A stretch of DNA of 62,899 nucleotides, filler included, from Octopus bimaculoides (Eukaryota): NCBI RefSeq assembly GCF_001194135.2. It is 9 parts of 9 records of this genome, joined end to end, with 100 filler letters (N's around TTAATTAATTAA, not from the genome) between each part and the next. Parts side by side here need not be neighbours in the genome. Positions count along the whole stretch, not along the records: positions 1 to 14,502 come from NC_068983.1; 8 more parts are not named here. The stretch is one strand, 5' to 3'. Shown piece after piece: positions 1 to 10,950 of this stretch; position 1 is the stretch's first letter, and every line of letters begins with the position of its first letter. A program made the translations under genes and the position numbers. Under the pieces are notes generated by a model. It searched no databases and was not told the DNA's origin. It was given only the letters and a program-made list of their open reading frames with translations.

Positions 1-118
1 AATAAATTAAGTACCAGTTGCATACTGAGGTCGATCTAATCGACTGCTCCCCCCTCCCCCAAAATTTTAGGCCTTGTGCCTAGAGTAGAAAAGATTATTA
101 TTATCATAACTATTATTA

Positions 119-171
<53 letters not shown>

Positions 172-175
<4 letters not shown>

Positions 176-386
176 CAACGAGCTGGCAGAATTTTTAGCA
201 TGCTGGGTAAAATGCTTAGCAGCATTTTGTCCATCTTTGCATTCTGAGTTCAAATTCCACTTAGGTTCATTCTGCTTTCATCCTTTCAGGGTCAATAAAC
301 TAAGTACTAGCTACATACTGGGGTCAATGTAATTGACTTTTCCCCTCCCCCAAAATTTCAGGCGTTGTGCCTGTAGTAGTAAGGAA

Positions 387-426
<40 letters not shown>

Positions 427-450
427 ATCATCATCATCATCATCATCATC
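172..450 (+). mobile_element. tRNA-derived SINE family A (other copies at about 1-170 +, 5562-5777 -, 23078-23295 +, 24569-24850 +, 33585-33797 -, 40245-40459 -, 56590-56800 +)
   Basis: Box A/B-like head (TGGCAGAA..TAGC; GAGTTCAAATTCC), core GCTTTCATCCTTTC-GGGTC-ATAAA-TAAGTAC, and (TTA)n tail, recurring across the window. Confidence 0.85.
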
Positions 451-950
451 ATCTAACTATACTTTTATTTGTATTTTTAAAATTGATTCTTGTTTTTATT
501 TTTTATAAGTTTATAAATGATAGGAAAGCTTGGAGAGTGTTTGTGGCTGGATGAGTGAATTTGATGTTGCTTAAAGAAGTATGGAACCAGCATACGCTGC
601 CAGGCCCCGCTGCTGATATTGGGGGTTGCGTTCTATGCTTTGACCCGAGCATAGAACAGGGCTGGGAAATGAATGGAATGCCTGGTGTGTGTCTTGTTGT
701 GGTCGCCCCCTCTCAAAAAAAAAATGGGGATTAGGCCTGGGTACATAAAAAAAAAAATATTAAAAATTTTAGTTTTCTTCTCTAATTTCTCCCTGCTCTC
801 CCTTTTCATTTTCCATTAAAATGAAGAGACCTTCAAAGTAATGACATCCATTCTACAACTTTTAAAAGTATCCATAGTAATTTTTTTCTTTTACCATTTC
901 TGGAACATTTTTGATATGACATTCATATTCTATTTATTGTTTTCTTTCAG

Positions 951-1108
951 GTATCCAGAAAGTCTTGAAGATTTTTATAAATCACGATTGGATGGCACTT
1001 TTGATGAAAGCAGAGCTGGCAAGAGGATGAAATTGCCAGTTCCAGAAACATGGGAGACCCAAATTTCCTCACATGGCAACAAGGCTAGTGTTTGGCAATC
1101 TCTGATAG
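951..1108 (+). CDS. TEP1: TEP1-like (telomerase/vault-associated protein 1) TROVE domain, first exon visible in the window; gene is 5'-partial
   Basis: Acceptor ttctttcag|951, donor 1108|gttagt. Encodes YPESLEDFYKSRLDGTFDESRAGKRMKLPVPETWETQISSHGNKASVWQSLI, matching recalled human TEP1 RYPSNLQLFSRSRLPGPWDSSRAGKRMKLSRPETWERELSLRGNKASVWEELI. Join: 951-1108,1767-1876,4479-4575,6191-6224,7609-7792,9529-9684,12481-12516, with all phases compatible. Confidence 0.93.
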
Positions 1109-1766
1109 GTTAGTATTTTGAAGTTTGCTGGTCTGTTTGTTCTCTAACCTGGGAACAAATTGCTTGATCATCTTTTCATTTATATCACTAACACCACCTC
1201 CACCATTTAACATCACTTTTTCCATGTTGGCAGGGGTTGGTCAGCCAGAGAGCTGCTCAGGCCCCAATTGTCTGTTTTGGCATGGTTTCTTTGGCTAAAT
1301 GCCCTTCCTAGTGCGAAAATTATTAAATGCCACTTTTCCATGCTTGCATGGGTCAGACAGAATTCACTGAAGCAGTTATTCTATGGCTGGATACTCTTGC
1401 TGTTGCCAACACTCACCTGATAAGCATTTTGCCTATTGTGTTAATGGTTCTGCCAGCTCATTGCATATTAATATGCACAATAACTAAATGAAAACATTAC
1501 AAATTTTTTAAAAAATGTATTGATAATCAAGTCACTGTCATTGTGGTTAACTTTGTATAACATTTTAGCATTTAAACTGACCACATCCAGCCCAGCCAGG
1601 TCCAGCCTCTCACACCTACCCTACAATGTCATTCTAAAAATAAACAATCACATTACTGAAATCCCAAAGCTACATGATAATGTATGATTAATGCAAAACA
1701 AATGTGAATAAATAAGCATTGAATTTGACAGAATAATGTCTTCTTTTCCTTCTTAAATTTCATTAG

Positions 1767-1876
1767 ATCATAGAAAATTACCATATATGGCTATGCTGAG
1801 GAATATCAGAAATTTGATTACAGCAGAGATCTCAAGCAAACATACACGGCTCGTACTGCAAAAGTTGTCGGATGAG
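1767..1876 (+). CDS. TEP1: TEP1-like exon 2
   Basis: ttcattag|1767, 1876|gtattt; phase 1 to 0. (D)HRKLPYMAMLRNIRNLITAEISSKHTRLVLQKLSDE matches the TROVE motif KLPFMAMLRNLCNL. Confidence 0.93.
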
Positions 1877-1984
1877 GTATTTTCATTCATTTTTATTTCA
1901 TTTTGTTGTATTTTAATGTTGTTTGTTTTTCTTTGTTGCTTTTAAAATTCTTCTTTGTTTTGTAAAATTCTGTCATAATATTAA

Positions 1985-2327
1985 GTGGTACCTGTACCAG
2001 TGGAGGACTAAGAGCACCGTCTGAGCGTGCACGTAAATAGCACCATTTGAGCGTGTTCGTTACCAACGTCGCCTTCCTGGCATTTGTGCAGGTGACACGT
2101 AAAATACACCATTTTGAGCGTGGCTGTTGCCAGTACTGCCTGACTGGCCTTTGTGCCGGTGGCACGTAAAAGCACCCACTACACTCTTGGAGTGGTTGGT
2201 GTTAGGAAGGGCATCCAGCTATAGAAACTCTGCCAAATCAGATTGGAGCCTAGTGTAGCCATCTGGTTGGCCAGTCCTCAGTCAAATCATCCAACCCATG
2301 TTAGCAACGATGATGATGATGATGATG
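1985..2327 (+). mobile_element. Family C repeat with RTE-type 3' tail (other copies at about 5915-6150 +, 7926-8262 -, 10025-10220 +, 11000-11300 -, 12085-12365 +, 14028-14380 +)
   Basis: GGCACGTAAAAGCACCCACTACACTC..GGTTGG-GTTAGGAAGGGCATCCAGC..CAACCCATG..(GAT)n. Confidence 0.8.
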
Positions 2328-2399
2328 CCTCCTGAAGAGGTTCCACCTACATTCTCTGTGCACCATTTTAAATATCCACTGCACAGGAGTCCTTGAGAA

Positions 2400-2770
2400 A
2401 CCCAAAACTATTATTATCAAGGCCATCCTTATGAAGACACAGCTGTATTGGGCAGGGCATATCTTCAGAATAGCAGACCATTGCTTGCCAAAGAGGATAA
2501 AGGCCTGGCAAAAAATGCTGCTTAGTATTTTGTCCATTGTGTTAATCATTGCCAATTGGAGAATTGTCTTTTGGTTGTCAAAACAACAGTACAAAGACAT
2601 GCTGCAAAAGATGACCCCGAAAGTTAGCAACATTGACCTCTCCCAGTGGACCACTGAGGTAGCTGACCACAGTGTTTGGCTCCTCACCATCCAACAGCCT
2701 AACAGTGCATTTGAAGTTAATTGTTGTATTAGCAGGAGGAGAAAAGAGCTCAGGGAAGGGGGTGTACAAG
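2400..2770 (+). mobile_element. RTE-clade LINE ORF2 C-terminal fragment
   Basis: TQLYWAGHIFRIADHCLPKRI...QYKDMLQ...QWTTEVADHSVW matches QLRWAGHVxRM..RLPK..YKD..W..A.DR..W. Confidence 0.7.
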
Positions 2771-2771
2771 A

Positions 2772-2983
2772 GTGGAGTGAAACACAACATGGGCAAAACC
2801 AAGCACAACATGGGTGGAGCCAAGCACAACACGGGCAGAACCAAGCACAACTTGGGCAGAACCAAAGTACAACAAGGGCAGAGCCAAGCACAACATGGGA
2901 AGAACCAAGCACAATATGGGTGGAGCCAAAGCACAACACGGGCAGAGCCAAACACATCATGGTGGAGTCGAAACACAACATGG
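2772..2983. repeat. 21-22 bp minisatellite, about 10 units
   Basis: Consensus CCAAGCACAACATGGGCAGAG. Confidence 0.9.
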
Positions 2984-3094
2984 CCATTTCTCTGTAGCTG
3001 TTCTGTGTAGATCTGCTAATCTTGGATCAGTCACATTTACCATCAGCATGCATGGAGGTAGATCTGACCCTTAGGTGTCTTTGTATCAAAGTCA

Positions 3095-3252
3095 TCATCA
3101 AGATTACTGATTACATGGGTATAAGTTCAGCTCTTGCCACTGTCATTGCAGTCCTTTGTCATCTCATCTGAAACACTCAACTTCCCGAGGTTGTCCTTTA
3201 GTACTTTGTTCCATGTCTTCTTGGATCTCCCTCTTCCATAAGTTCCCCTCCA
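3095..3252 (-). mobile_element. RTE LINE 3' fragment
   Basis: GTYGRGRSKKTWNKVLKDNLGKLSVSDEMTKD. Confidence 0.7.
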
Positions 3253-3253
3253 T

Positions 3254-3308
<55 letters not shown>

Positions 3309-3540
3309 TATATATATATAATATACACACACACTTATATATGTATATAATTGTTATGTCTCAATGCTACTGCTATCTAGCACCTTTGGATGATCTCTAC
3401 TCAACTGCTACACAACTGCTACTCGACTGCTACTCAACACACCTACTATGGCCAGACTATCTCTATTTATATGTCTTGGGAGATCTTACTCCTTCGTCTG
3501 GGGGCGTTGACACAAAAATGATATAACATAATACTATATA

Positions 3541-3768
3541 CAGTAATCCCTCGACTATCGTAGGGGTGTTACATTCCAAAACACCCCCACGATAGGTGAA
3601 AATCAGTGAAGTAGAAACAGTACTGTATTGTATACTTTTTTTGTTTTTATTTTCATAATTTGTATATATTCATTTTAATATAAATGCAAAACAACACCAT
3701 GGAGGAATTAACATAGGCTGAAATACTAAACCACGATAGGTGAACCGTAATATGGTGAAGGATTACTG
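3541..3768. mobile_element. pogo/Tigger-like MITE
   Basis: Imperfect TIRs CAGTAATCCCTCG... / ...GAAGGATTACTG with TA on both sides (3539-3540, 3769-3770). Confidence 0.8.
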
Positions 3769-4080
3769 TATACATAATTTTGTTAAATTTATTTCTACAC
3801 ATCTATATAAAATTATAGCCATCACTGATTTTTACTACAATGTTTTGTATCGAGATGTCAGATGTAACCAAACAATGAGAACAATGGCAAAAATGGCTAA
3901 TGAGTTTATATGCATATATGAGTGTATATACATACCAGCTCCAGGAATGCATTTAATATGTAAATTAGCATGTCCAATAACTTACCTCTGCAGTAGTTAT
4001 ATAAGCAATGTGTTTGGAGGTGAGAATGGATTAGAAGTGAAAGCAATGCTCTGACTGAATTAGTTGACAACCAGATAAAA

Positions 4081-4423
4081 AAAAGGTAAAGACTCCCTTT
4101 GGTCATGAACGACCATGGGATTGCACCTAGAAAGGTACCCTCTGAGGCACTAACCCAAGCAAGGTTGTTTATGGAAGACCAGCAGTCGCCCATGCATACC
4201 AGCCTCTTCTCTCCATACCACCGATGTTATTCAAAGGAAAGGCAAAGACTGATACAGTTTGGGTCTAGTGATGTCAAAACTCATTTCTACAGCTGAGTGA
4301 ACTGGAGCAACATGAAATAAAGTATCTTGTTCAAGAACACAACACACAGCCCAGTCCAGGAATCAAACTAGCAACCTTATGACTGTGAGCCTGATGCTCT
4401 AACCGCTAAGCCGTGCACTTCCA
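4081..4423 (-). mobile_element. CORE-type SINE family E (head also at about 13855-14010 +)
   Basis: Reverse strand: tRNA-like head, GTTGTGTTCTTGAACAAGATACTTTATTTCATGTTGCTCCAGTTCACTCAGCTGTAGAAATGAGT core, CTTTACC-type end. Confidence 0.7.
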
Positions 4424-4478
4424 CCAAAATAAGCAGTATGCAACACACAAAATAATGGAGTTTCTGTTTTTATTTTAG

Positions 4479-4575
4479 AATAACGTAATCCACAGTAAGC
4501 AGCTTCCAACGCAGTTCTTCAGTGCTTATGCTGTTTTAGAACAAATGGAAAAGGATTTAAATAATGCATCAGATG
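4479..4575 (+). CDS. TEP1: TEP1-like exon 3
   Basis: tattttag|4479, 4575|gtaagc; phase 0 to 1. NNVIHSKQLPTQFFSAYAVLEQMEKDLNNASD aligns to SVIHSRQFPFRFLNAHDAI. Confidence 0.88.
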
Positions 4576-4818
4576 GTAAGCTTTAATCTTTTGTTGTTTA
4601 CTTATTTCAGTCATTGGACTGTGGCCATGCTGGGGCATTGCTATGAAGGGTTTTAGTTGAACAAGACAACCCCCTGTTCTTATTTTAATTCTGGTACCTG
4701 TCTGTTTAGTTTCTTTTACTGAATTGTAAAGTTATGGAGATGCAAACAAACCAACACTGGTTACCAAGTGGTGATGGGGGATAAACACAACCACAAAGAC
4801 ATGCACACATACATACAT

Positions 4819-4849
<31 letters not shown>

Positions 4850-5279
4850 TACACACACAAACACACACATACAATGGGCTTCCACACAGTTTCCATCTAT
4901 CAAATTAATTCACAAGGCATTGTTTAGTCCGGGGCCATAGTAAAAAAAAACACTTGCCTATGGCGCTGTGCAGTGGAACTGAACCTGTAACCACATGGTT
5001 GCAAAGCAATCTTCTTAACCACACAACCATGCCTGCATCCTATAAGCTTTTGTTTTATTTTTGTTTAATTTTAAACCTGGTTAGGAAGGCCATACTTGTG
5101 AGTTTTGCTAGGGCCTTCTGTGGGGTATGGGTCTTCTTGAGTTCTCTTTGTTTCTGTCTAAATGGTCCTTGTGCTGTTAAGGTCTTCTTGGAATGTCTGT
5201 TACCAGGTAATCTTGGGTCAACTTTTTTGTCTGTTTTCCCACTTCTTGGGTCCATGTTATTGCATTCTTTACATACAGA

Positions 5280-5560
5280 GTGGTTGACAATCACAAAAAA
5301 CAACCTGACAGGTGATGCTGATACAACTCCATGATGTTTCAAAGTGCCTCACAGAAGAATTTCTTCATTTGTGATTCTGTCTCTACCAAAGATGTCTCTC
5401 ATAGACTTCTTTGTTTGAACATGTTCAGCTTCTTGGCCATCTGTGCTGTCGTTTTCCAGAAGAATTGCACACTATACAGCTGGGTCTTCTTTGTTGTTGT
5501 CCAGATTCGGTACATGACTTGGAATATGCTTCTGCCCTGTCAATTCTTATTTCTTTATTG
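5280..5560 (-). mobile_element. Decayed RTE LINE post-RT fragment
   Basis: With frameshifts: RI..A.AYS...TK..LY...AKKLNMFKQRSLR..DRITNEEIL. Confidence 0.55.
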
Positions 5561-6190
5561 CCCACAAGGGGCTAAACATAGAGGGGACAAACAAGGACAG
5601 ACAAAGGGATTAAGTCAATTACATGGACCCCAGTGTGTAACTGGTACTTAATTTATCGACTCCGAAAGGATGAAAGCAAAGTCGACCTTGGCAGAATTTG
5701 AACTCAGAACATAACGGTAGACGAAATACCGGTAAGCATTTCGCCCGGTGTGCTAACGTTTCTGCCAGCTCGCCACCTTTCTGCCCTGCAATTTTGCTGT
5801 CCAACATTACTTGTCCAAAGTGCCCTGCAGTGGGATCAGATCTGAAACCACATGGCTGCAAAACCAACTTCATAACCATACAACCATGTCTGTATATTCA
5901 TATTTGTTTCCCCTCAGTCGAAGGGTCTTGTCTTGTGAGTTACTTGATGACTTTGCTAGTGCCGGTGCCACATAAAAAGCATCCAGTCCATTCTGTAAAG
6001 TGGTTGGCATCAGGAAGGGCATCAAGTCGTGGAAACCAGGCCAAAGCAGACAGTAGAGCTAAGCCTAATCTTCTAGTTTTCTACTTCCTGTCAAACTGTC
6101 CAACTCATGACAGCACGGAAAAGCAGATGTTAAATATGATGATGTTGATGATGATTTCATATGGTGAATTAAATTTTTCTTAATTTACAG

Positions 6191-6224
6191 GAATATCATC
6201 TGCAAAAAAACGGAAGAAATGTGT
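6191..6224 (+). CDS. TEP1: TEP1-like 34-nt microexon (exon 4)
   Basis: tttacag|6191, 6224|gtaagt; phase 1 to 2, exactly what is needed to link exons 3 and 5. Encodes (G)ISSAKKRKKC(V). Confidence 0.72.
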
Positions 6225-6591
6225 GTAAGTAAATTATTTTTGTTTTTTTCTCTCTTCTGGTTTTGTTTTTTTTTGTCTTTTTAGCTTTTTACACACACAC
6301 ACACACTATATTTTTAACCCTTTAGCATTCAGATTACTTTGTCAAATGTAATGCTTACTTATTCACATTGTTTTGAATTAATCATGCATTTTCTCCATAG
6401 CTTTGAGACGTCAATGATGTGATTGTTCATTTTCAGAATGACATTGTAGGATATGTGTAAGAGGCCAGATCTGGCCAGTTTAAACACAAAGCTGGTAGAA
6501 TATTTAGACCTGATACGACCAGTTTGAATGCTAAAGAGTTAAATATGTAATTATTTGTTCATAAGTTTTCTTTTCAGTTGTAATTTATTAA

Positions 6592-6790
6592 TTACCCTGC
6601 ATGCATAACCAAAAGCAGGGTATTGTAATCACTTGTCTGTCTGTTTATCTGAGTGGTTGCAAAATTACTGGAAAATGGCTGAATGGATTTTCACCACATT
6701 TGGCAGAAATACTCATTGGGCAAGTGGCTCAAAATGATGAACATTTGGTTTGATTATCTGAAACAAAAAATAAAGTCAGACTTACAAATT
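6592..6790 (+). mobile_element. Helentron/DINE-like non-autonomous element
   Basis: Subterminal IR TACCCTGC...GCAGGGTA followed by GTCTGTCTG and TGGATTTTCACCACATTTGG. Confidence 0.55.
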
Positions 6791-6980
6791 TCCCAATAAG
6801 CAAGTGGTCATAATATTTTGTTCACTTTCTTTTTCATATGAATCGACCCTCGTCTGCATGTGTATCGATCGTGGTGTACCTATGCATGTAGACACATGTG
6901 CATACATACATATATAAATACATATATAGACATGTGACTGTGCGTGCGTGTGTATGTGTGTACAGTGATGGATTCGAGGG

Positions 6981-7362
6981 TTTCTCTTTTACTCTTTTTA
7001 CCTGTTTCAGTCATTTGACTGTGGCCATGCTGGAGCACTGCCTTTAGTCGAGCAAATTGACCCCAGGACTCATTCTTTGTAAGTCTAGTACTTACTCTAT
7101 CAGTCTCTTTTGCTGAACTGCTAAGTTACGGGAACATAAACACACCAGCATTGGTTGTCAAGCAATGTTGGGGGGGGGGGGAGAAACATATACACACACA
7201 TACGTACATATATACACATATATATGACGGGCTTCTTTCAGTTACCGTCGACCAAATCCACTCACAAGGCTTTGGTCGGCCCGAGGCTATAGTAGAAAAC
7301 ATTTGACCAAGGTGTCACGCAGTGGGACTGAACTTGGAACCATGTGGTTCATAAGCAAGCTA
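6981..7362 (-). mobile_element. tRNA-derived SINE family B (other copies at about 4597-5035 -, 14412-14502 +, 15120-15360 -, 17505-17696 -, 17845-18250 +, 31521-31634 -, 31680-31770 +, 34058-34335 +, 34398-34560 -, 38945-39165 +, 39435-39575 +)
   Basis: Head GGCTGTGTGGTAAGTAGCTTGC..GGTTCAGTCCCACTGCGTGGCACCTTGGGCAAGTGTC (CORE-like), internal (TA/TG)n, tail CCAGCATGGCCACAGTCAAATGACTGAAAC. Confidence 0.85.
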
Positions 7363-7608
7363 AAACTTTATTTCTTAATTTCATTTATAATGGTGATACT
7401 TTAAAAAAAAAAGAATCAATTCAGTTCAATTAAAAAGCATGGGTAAGCAAAGCATTGTAAGCCTCACTATAATTTGCAAAAAAAATTATCTGCGTACAGT
7501 GAATGCATCACCCTTCCAATGCCTTTTTTTTTGCATTTATTATAGTCTTTTATCATTTTAGTTTTAATCTTCCTTTCAAAATTTCCTCTGACATATTTTT
7601 ACCTTCAG

Positions 7609-7792
7609 GACTAGTTATTCAAAAGAGACTTTAGATACCTACAAAGCAGCAATTGAGAAGGCCATGAAGCTTGCTACTAACCATAACCTGCGTCCTGTCA
7701 AAGGAAGGACTGTTATACTTTGCAGCCTGGTTGATGAAGGGTCAAAGAAGACTGTTTGCAAATCAGCGAAAGGATTTGGAAAATCATGGACT
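7609..7792 (+). CDS. TEP1: TEP1-like exon 5 (end of TROVE, start of vWA-like region)
   Basis: accttcag|7609, 7792|gtaagt. TSYSKETLDTYKAAIEKAMKLATNHNLRPVKGRTVILC aligns to YDGEMLNRYRQALETAVNLSVKHSLPLLPGRTVLV. Confidence 0.9.
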
Positions 7793-8726
7793 GTAAGTAA
7801 AAAAAAACATTTTAATATTTTCCTTCCATTTATTTTTATTATGTATCATGAAGGAGATGATTGTGAATACCTAAATATTCTGCATTCTTTCTTGGGCTGA
7901 AAAAAGTGATGCATACCCAAAGGTTTCATCATCATAGTTTAACGTCCGCCTTCCATGCTAGCATGGGTTGGACGATTTGACTAAGGACTGGTGAAACCAG
8001 ATGGCTGCACCAGACTCCAATCTGATCTCGTAGAGTTTCTACAGCTGAATGCCCTTCCTAACGCCAACCACTCTGAGGATGTAGTGGGTGCTTTTACGTG
8101 CCACCGGCACGAAGGCCAGTCAGGCGGTACTGGCAACGGTCAATCTCAAAATGGTGTATTTTACATGCCACCTGCACAGGAGTCAGTCCAGCAGCACTGG
8201 CAACGACCTTGCTTGAATGTTTTTTCACATGCCACCGGCACAAGTGCCAGCAAGGCAACACTGGTTGTTATTATTATAGCTGGGTTCCAACTTGGGCCTT
8301 ATTCTCCTTTCAATAGCTTAATACTGACAGGGGCCTCATACTCCTCTTATAGATTGCATTTCCTTATTAGTAGAAATAGGCTCTCCATCAGTGAGGCAGA
8401 AATTGCGGGATCCAATGAACCAGTTTGTTGAAGCTTGCATCCACCACATACCGACCTTCTGCAATTCAAAGTTGGGATGTTTTATCATTGAGGTTTTCTC
8501 CTCTAAGTATGTTTGGTCCAGGACTGCTTATTTTTATATTCACAGCTAACCTTCATATCTGAAAGCCTTTTCCCTATCTGCCACCTGGGAATCTTGTGGA
8601 TGGAAGTTTCTCTCCACACCAGGGGTTGCCAGAAGTTGGTTTAGCTCTTTAGGGATTCTCCCTTCAGATTTTCTGTAGGGGTTCACTTCCTTAGCCTTTC
8701 ACACACTCGTGTGTAAGCAGAAGGAA

Positions 8727-9176
8727 AAAATGCTGTAATCTTTATCCAGACTGAAGAGAGAAGTGGACACACAAGGATACTACAATCTTCAGATTAAAAT
8801 GGATGGATGATACCCAAAGATGTACTCTTTCTTAGACTAGAGAGAGTGGAGAACATTCAAAGATACTATGATCTTTTGCAGATTCACTTGTAATCTAGGA
8901 TGTTTGAGTGATGACTCACTTGTATTCTAGAAGGTTTGGGAGCAAAGGTTCACTTGTAATCTAGAGGGCTACGGATATCCAAAGATGAAGCAGTTTTTCC
9001 CAGAGTGAAGAGAGTAGATTCCTAGAAATACTTCAGTTTTTTTTTAGATTTAAGAGAGTAGTGGCTACCCAAAACACAGTAGTTTTTCCAAGATTAAAGA
9101 AGGCATCCAAAAATGTTGCAATCTTGCCCAGACTAAAGAGGGTGGTGATTACTGAAAGACGCTGTAATTTGTCCCT
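8727..9176. repeat. Degenerate minisatellite of about 40-47 bp units with a nested 32-34 bp triple repeat
   Basis: Recurring AAAGATGCTGCAATCTT..CCAGACTAAAGAGAG-like units; CACTTGTA(A/T)TCTAG three times at about 8885, 8917 and 8951. Confidence 0.6.
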
Positions 9177-9528
9177 CATTAGCAATGGGGATACAATTGA
9201 TGTTTAACTTGAGCTTCAGTTAACTAGAATATGAGATTGGGTCTGGTGGGAATGAAAGCCTGGTCAGGAAAAAAGTTCCAGATGCTTGCAGCATTTAGAA
9301 AGGAAAATTGGGAAGTGTATCCCAAAACTCAAAAGAGGTCAGCTGTCGTCCTCCCTCTCCCCTCCTCTCCTTTCCCCGAGTGATATTCATAATCTGTCAC
9401 AGCTGTCTCTCATCATAAATACATGTAACTTGTCTACTTGAGATGTATAGACTGAATGCTAAAATATTAAAAAAGCAATTGGAGGACGAATGGAAAATTT
9501 AGCACTTCTCATTTTTGTTTTTCCACAG

Positions 9529-9684
9529 AAACAGCAAGTGGCTGTATTGTTGGCTTTAATGTGCAACTATGCCTGTGAAGCCTGCGAGATTGTGCTCTGG
9601 AAGAAAGACTGTAAGCCTTGTGTTGCAGATGTAAAACCAGGAACAATTCTCAACAATGTTGGTGAACTTTTGGATTCAGTTGTG
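9529..9684 (+). CDS. TEP1: TEP1-like exon 6
   Basis: ttttccacag|9529, 9684|gtaaga; 52 codons, phase 0 to 0. KQQVAVLLALMCNYACEACEIVLW...GTILNNVGELLDSVV aligns loosely to YALLLIGMMITRAEQVDVVLC...GILKTA. Confidence 0.8.
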
Positions 9685-9972
9685 GTAAGACTATGAAAAG
9701 GATCTTATTTTGAGATTAGAATACATTTTTAGTCAACCATCTCTACTATGCTTTCTCTTTCTTTCGTTTTCAATGATGCGCAATAGTTATATTACTAAAC
9801 AAGGCACTTTATCTTTTATCTTTTACTTGTTTCACTCATTTGACTGTGGCCATGCTAGGGCACCGCCTTGAAGGGTTTTAGCTGAACATTCATTTGAGTA
9901 AAAATTCTTCAAAGTGGTGCCCCAGCATGGCCAAGCTCTAGTGACTAAAAATGTAGCAGATAAAAGAAAACG

Positions 9973-10024
<52 letters not shown>

Positions 10025-10448
10025 TTGTAAACAAATTTTACTATCATGCAAGCAGGTCCTTCATTTCCAATCTCCCATGAAAACATGTCTGACCATGGGA
10101 GCAGGAAACAGGTAAGGGTCGTGACAAGAAGGGCATCTGGCCATAGAAAATCTGCCTCGTCAAATTCCGTCTGACCCATGCAAGCATGGAAAAGTGGATG
10201 GTGAAAACGATGAAGTGAATGTGAAGATCAGAGTCAGTCATATTGGTTATTTCCTGGATTTGATGGCGAAGGCAAGGGAGGCTACTTTTCAAATCTCTCT
10301 GCAAATAACTGATTGAAAGATGCTGCCTCATTGAACAGCCAATGCAATTAGTACAGCAATTAGCATTCTTTTCTAGGAGTTTATTAAACATTTGTACTCA
10401 CACTCGTGCGCACATACACATGGCAAGTCTATGAGGTAGCATTTACAT

Positions 10449-10950
10449 CAGTGGTTCTCAACCCTTTTTTCCCTATGGACCCCTTTGGTTCCTATTTTAC
10501 TTAAGTGGTCCCTCATAGCCATTTGATGTTTGAAAAAATCCTATTGTATTTTTATAATTATTGGGTTGGGGCATAATTATTGCGGCTATTTTTCAACAAA
10601 TTTTCTTCAGCAAAATCAATAACAATATTTAACAAAAATATCTTTAAATGATAGTTTGATCGTCTGCCAAACAAACGGGAAGCAGTAATTGAAGTAGATG
10701 GTGAATATGTTCCGGAATAATCTTTTAAAGATGTTTTTGCTACATGTTGTTATTGTTTTTGTTGAATAAAATTTGTTGAATAAAGGCCGCAATAATTATG
10801 CACCAACCCAGTAAATATTATTAGGAATTGTATAAAAATAATTAATAAAATATTTTGTGCATTGTAGAAGTATAAAAACTTTATTGCACTTAAACTTTAA
10901 CAGCAAAATCTTACAGGGAACTCCAAGAGTCATATGGCCCCTGGTTGAGA
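10449..10950. mobile_element. hAT-type MITE (host of a nested insertion)
   Basis: Left end CAGTGGTTCTCAACC; right end ...CCCCTGGTTGAGA, truncated. A related left end occurs near 54345. Confidence 0.65.
10561..10811. mobile_element. mariner-type MITE nested in the hAT MITE
   Basis: TIRs TTGGGTTGGGGCATAATTATTGCGGC / GCCGCAATAATTATGCACCAACCCAG; imperfect complementarity extends about 90 nt; TA on both sides. Confidence 0.85.

Noticed and set aside
630-657. Perfect 10-bp hairpin GTTCTATGCT/AGCATAGAAC in a GC-richer intronic patch; considered as vault RNA or HDV-like ribozyme
   Set aside because: No clear box A/B plus U-run, and no nested pseudoknot could be built; likely a repeat fragment.
841-1113. 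ORF-track start and stop for the TEP1 exon; likewise the stop at 22491 for EXTL
   Set aside because: Both extend into introns past canonical splice sites.
2301-3074. Overlapping repeat-peptide ORFs on both strands (Cys/Trp-rich, QHGQNQA)
   Set aside because: Explained by a 21-bp minisatellite plus an RTE relic inside TEP1 intron 2.
8480-8690. Possible R4/Dong LINE C-terminus on the - strand (KIAVLG..HILR-like)
   Set aside because: Needs several frameshifts to read; too weak to list as a feature.
8883-8964. CRISPR-like look: three 14-nt repeats with different 18-20 nt spacers
   Set aside because: Repeats too short and too few, eukaryotic intron, no cas genes.
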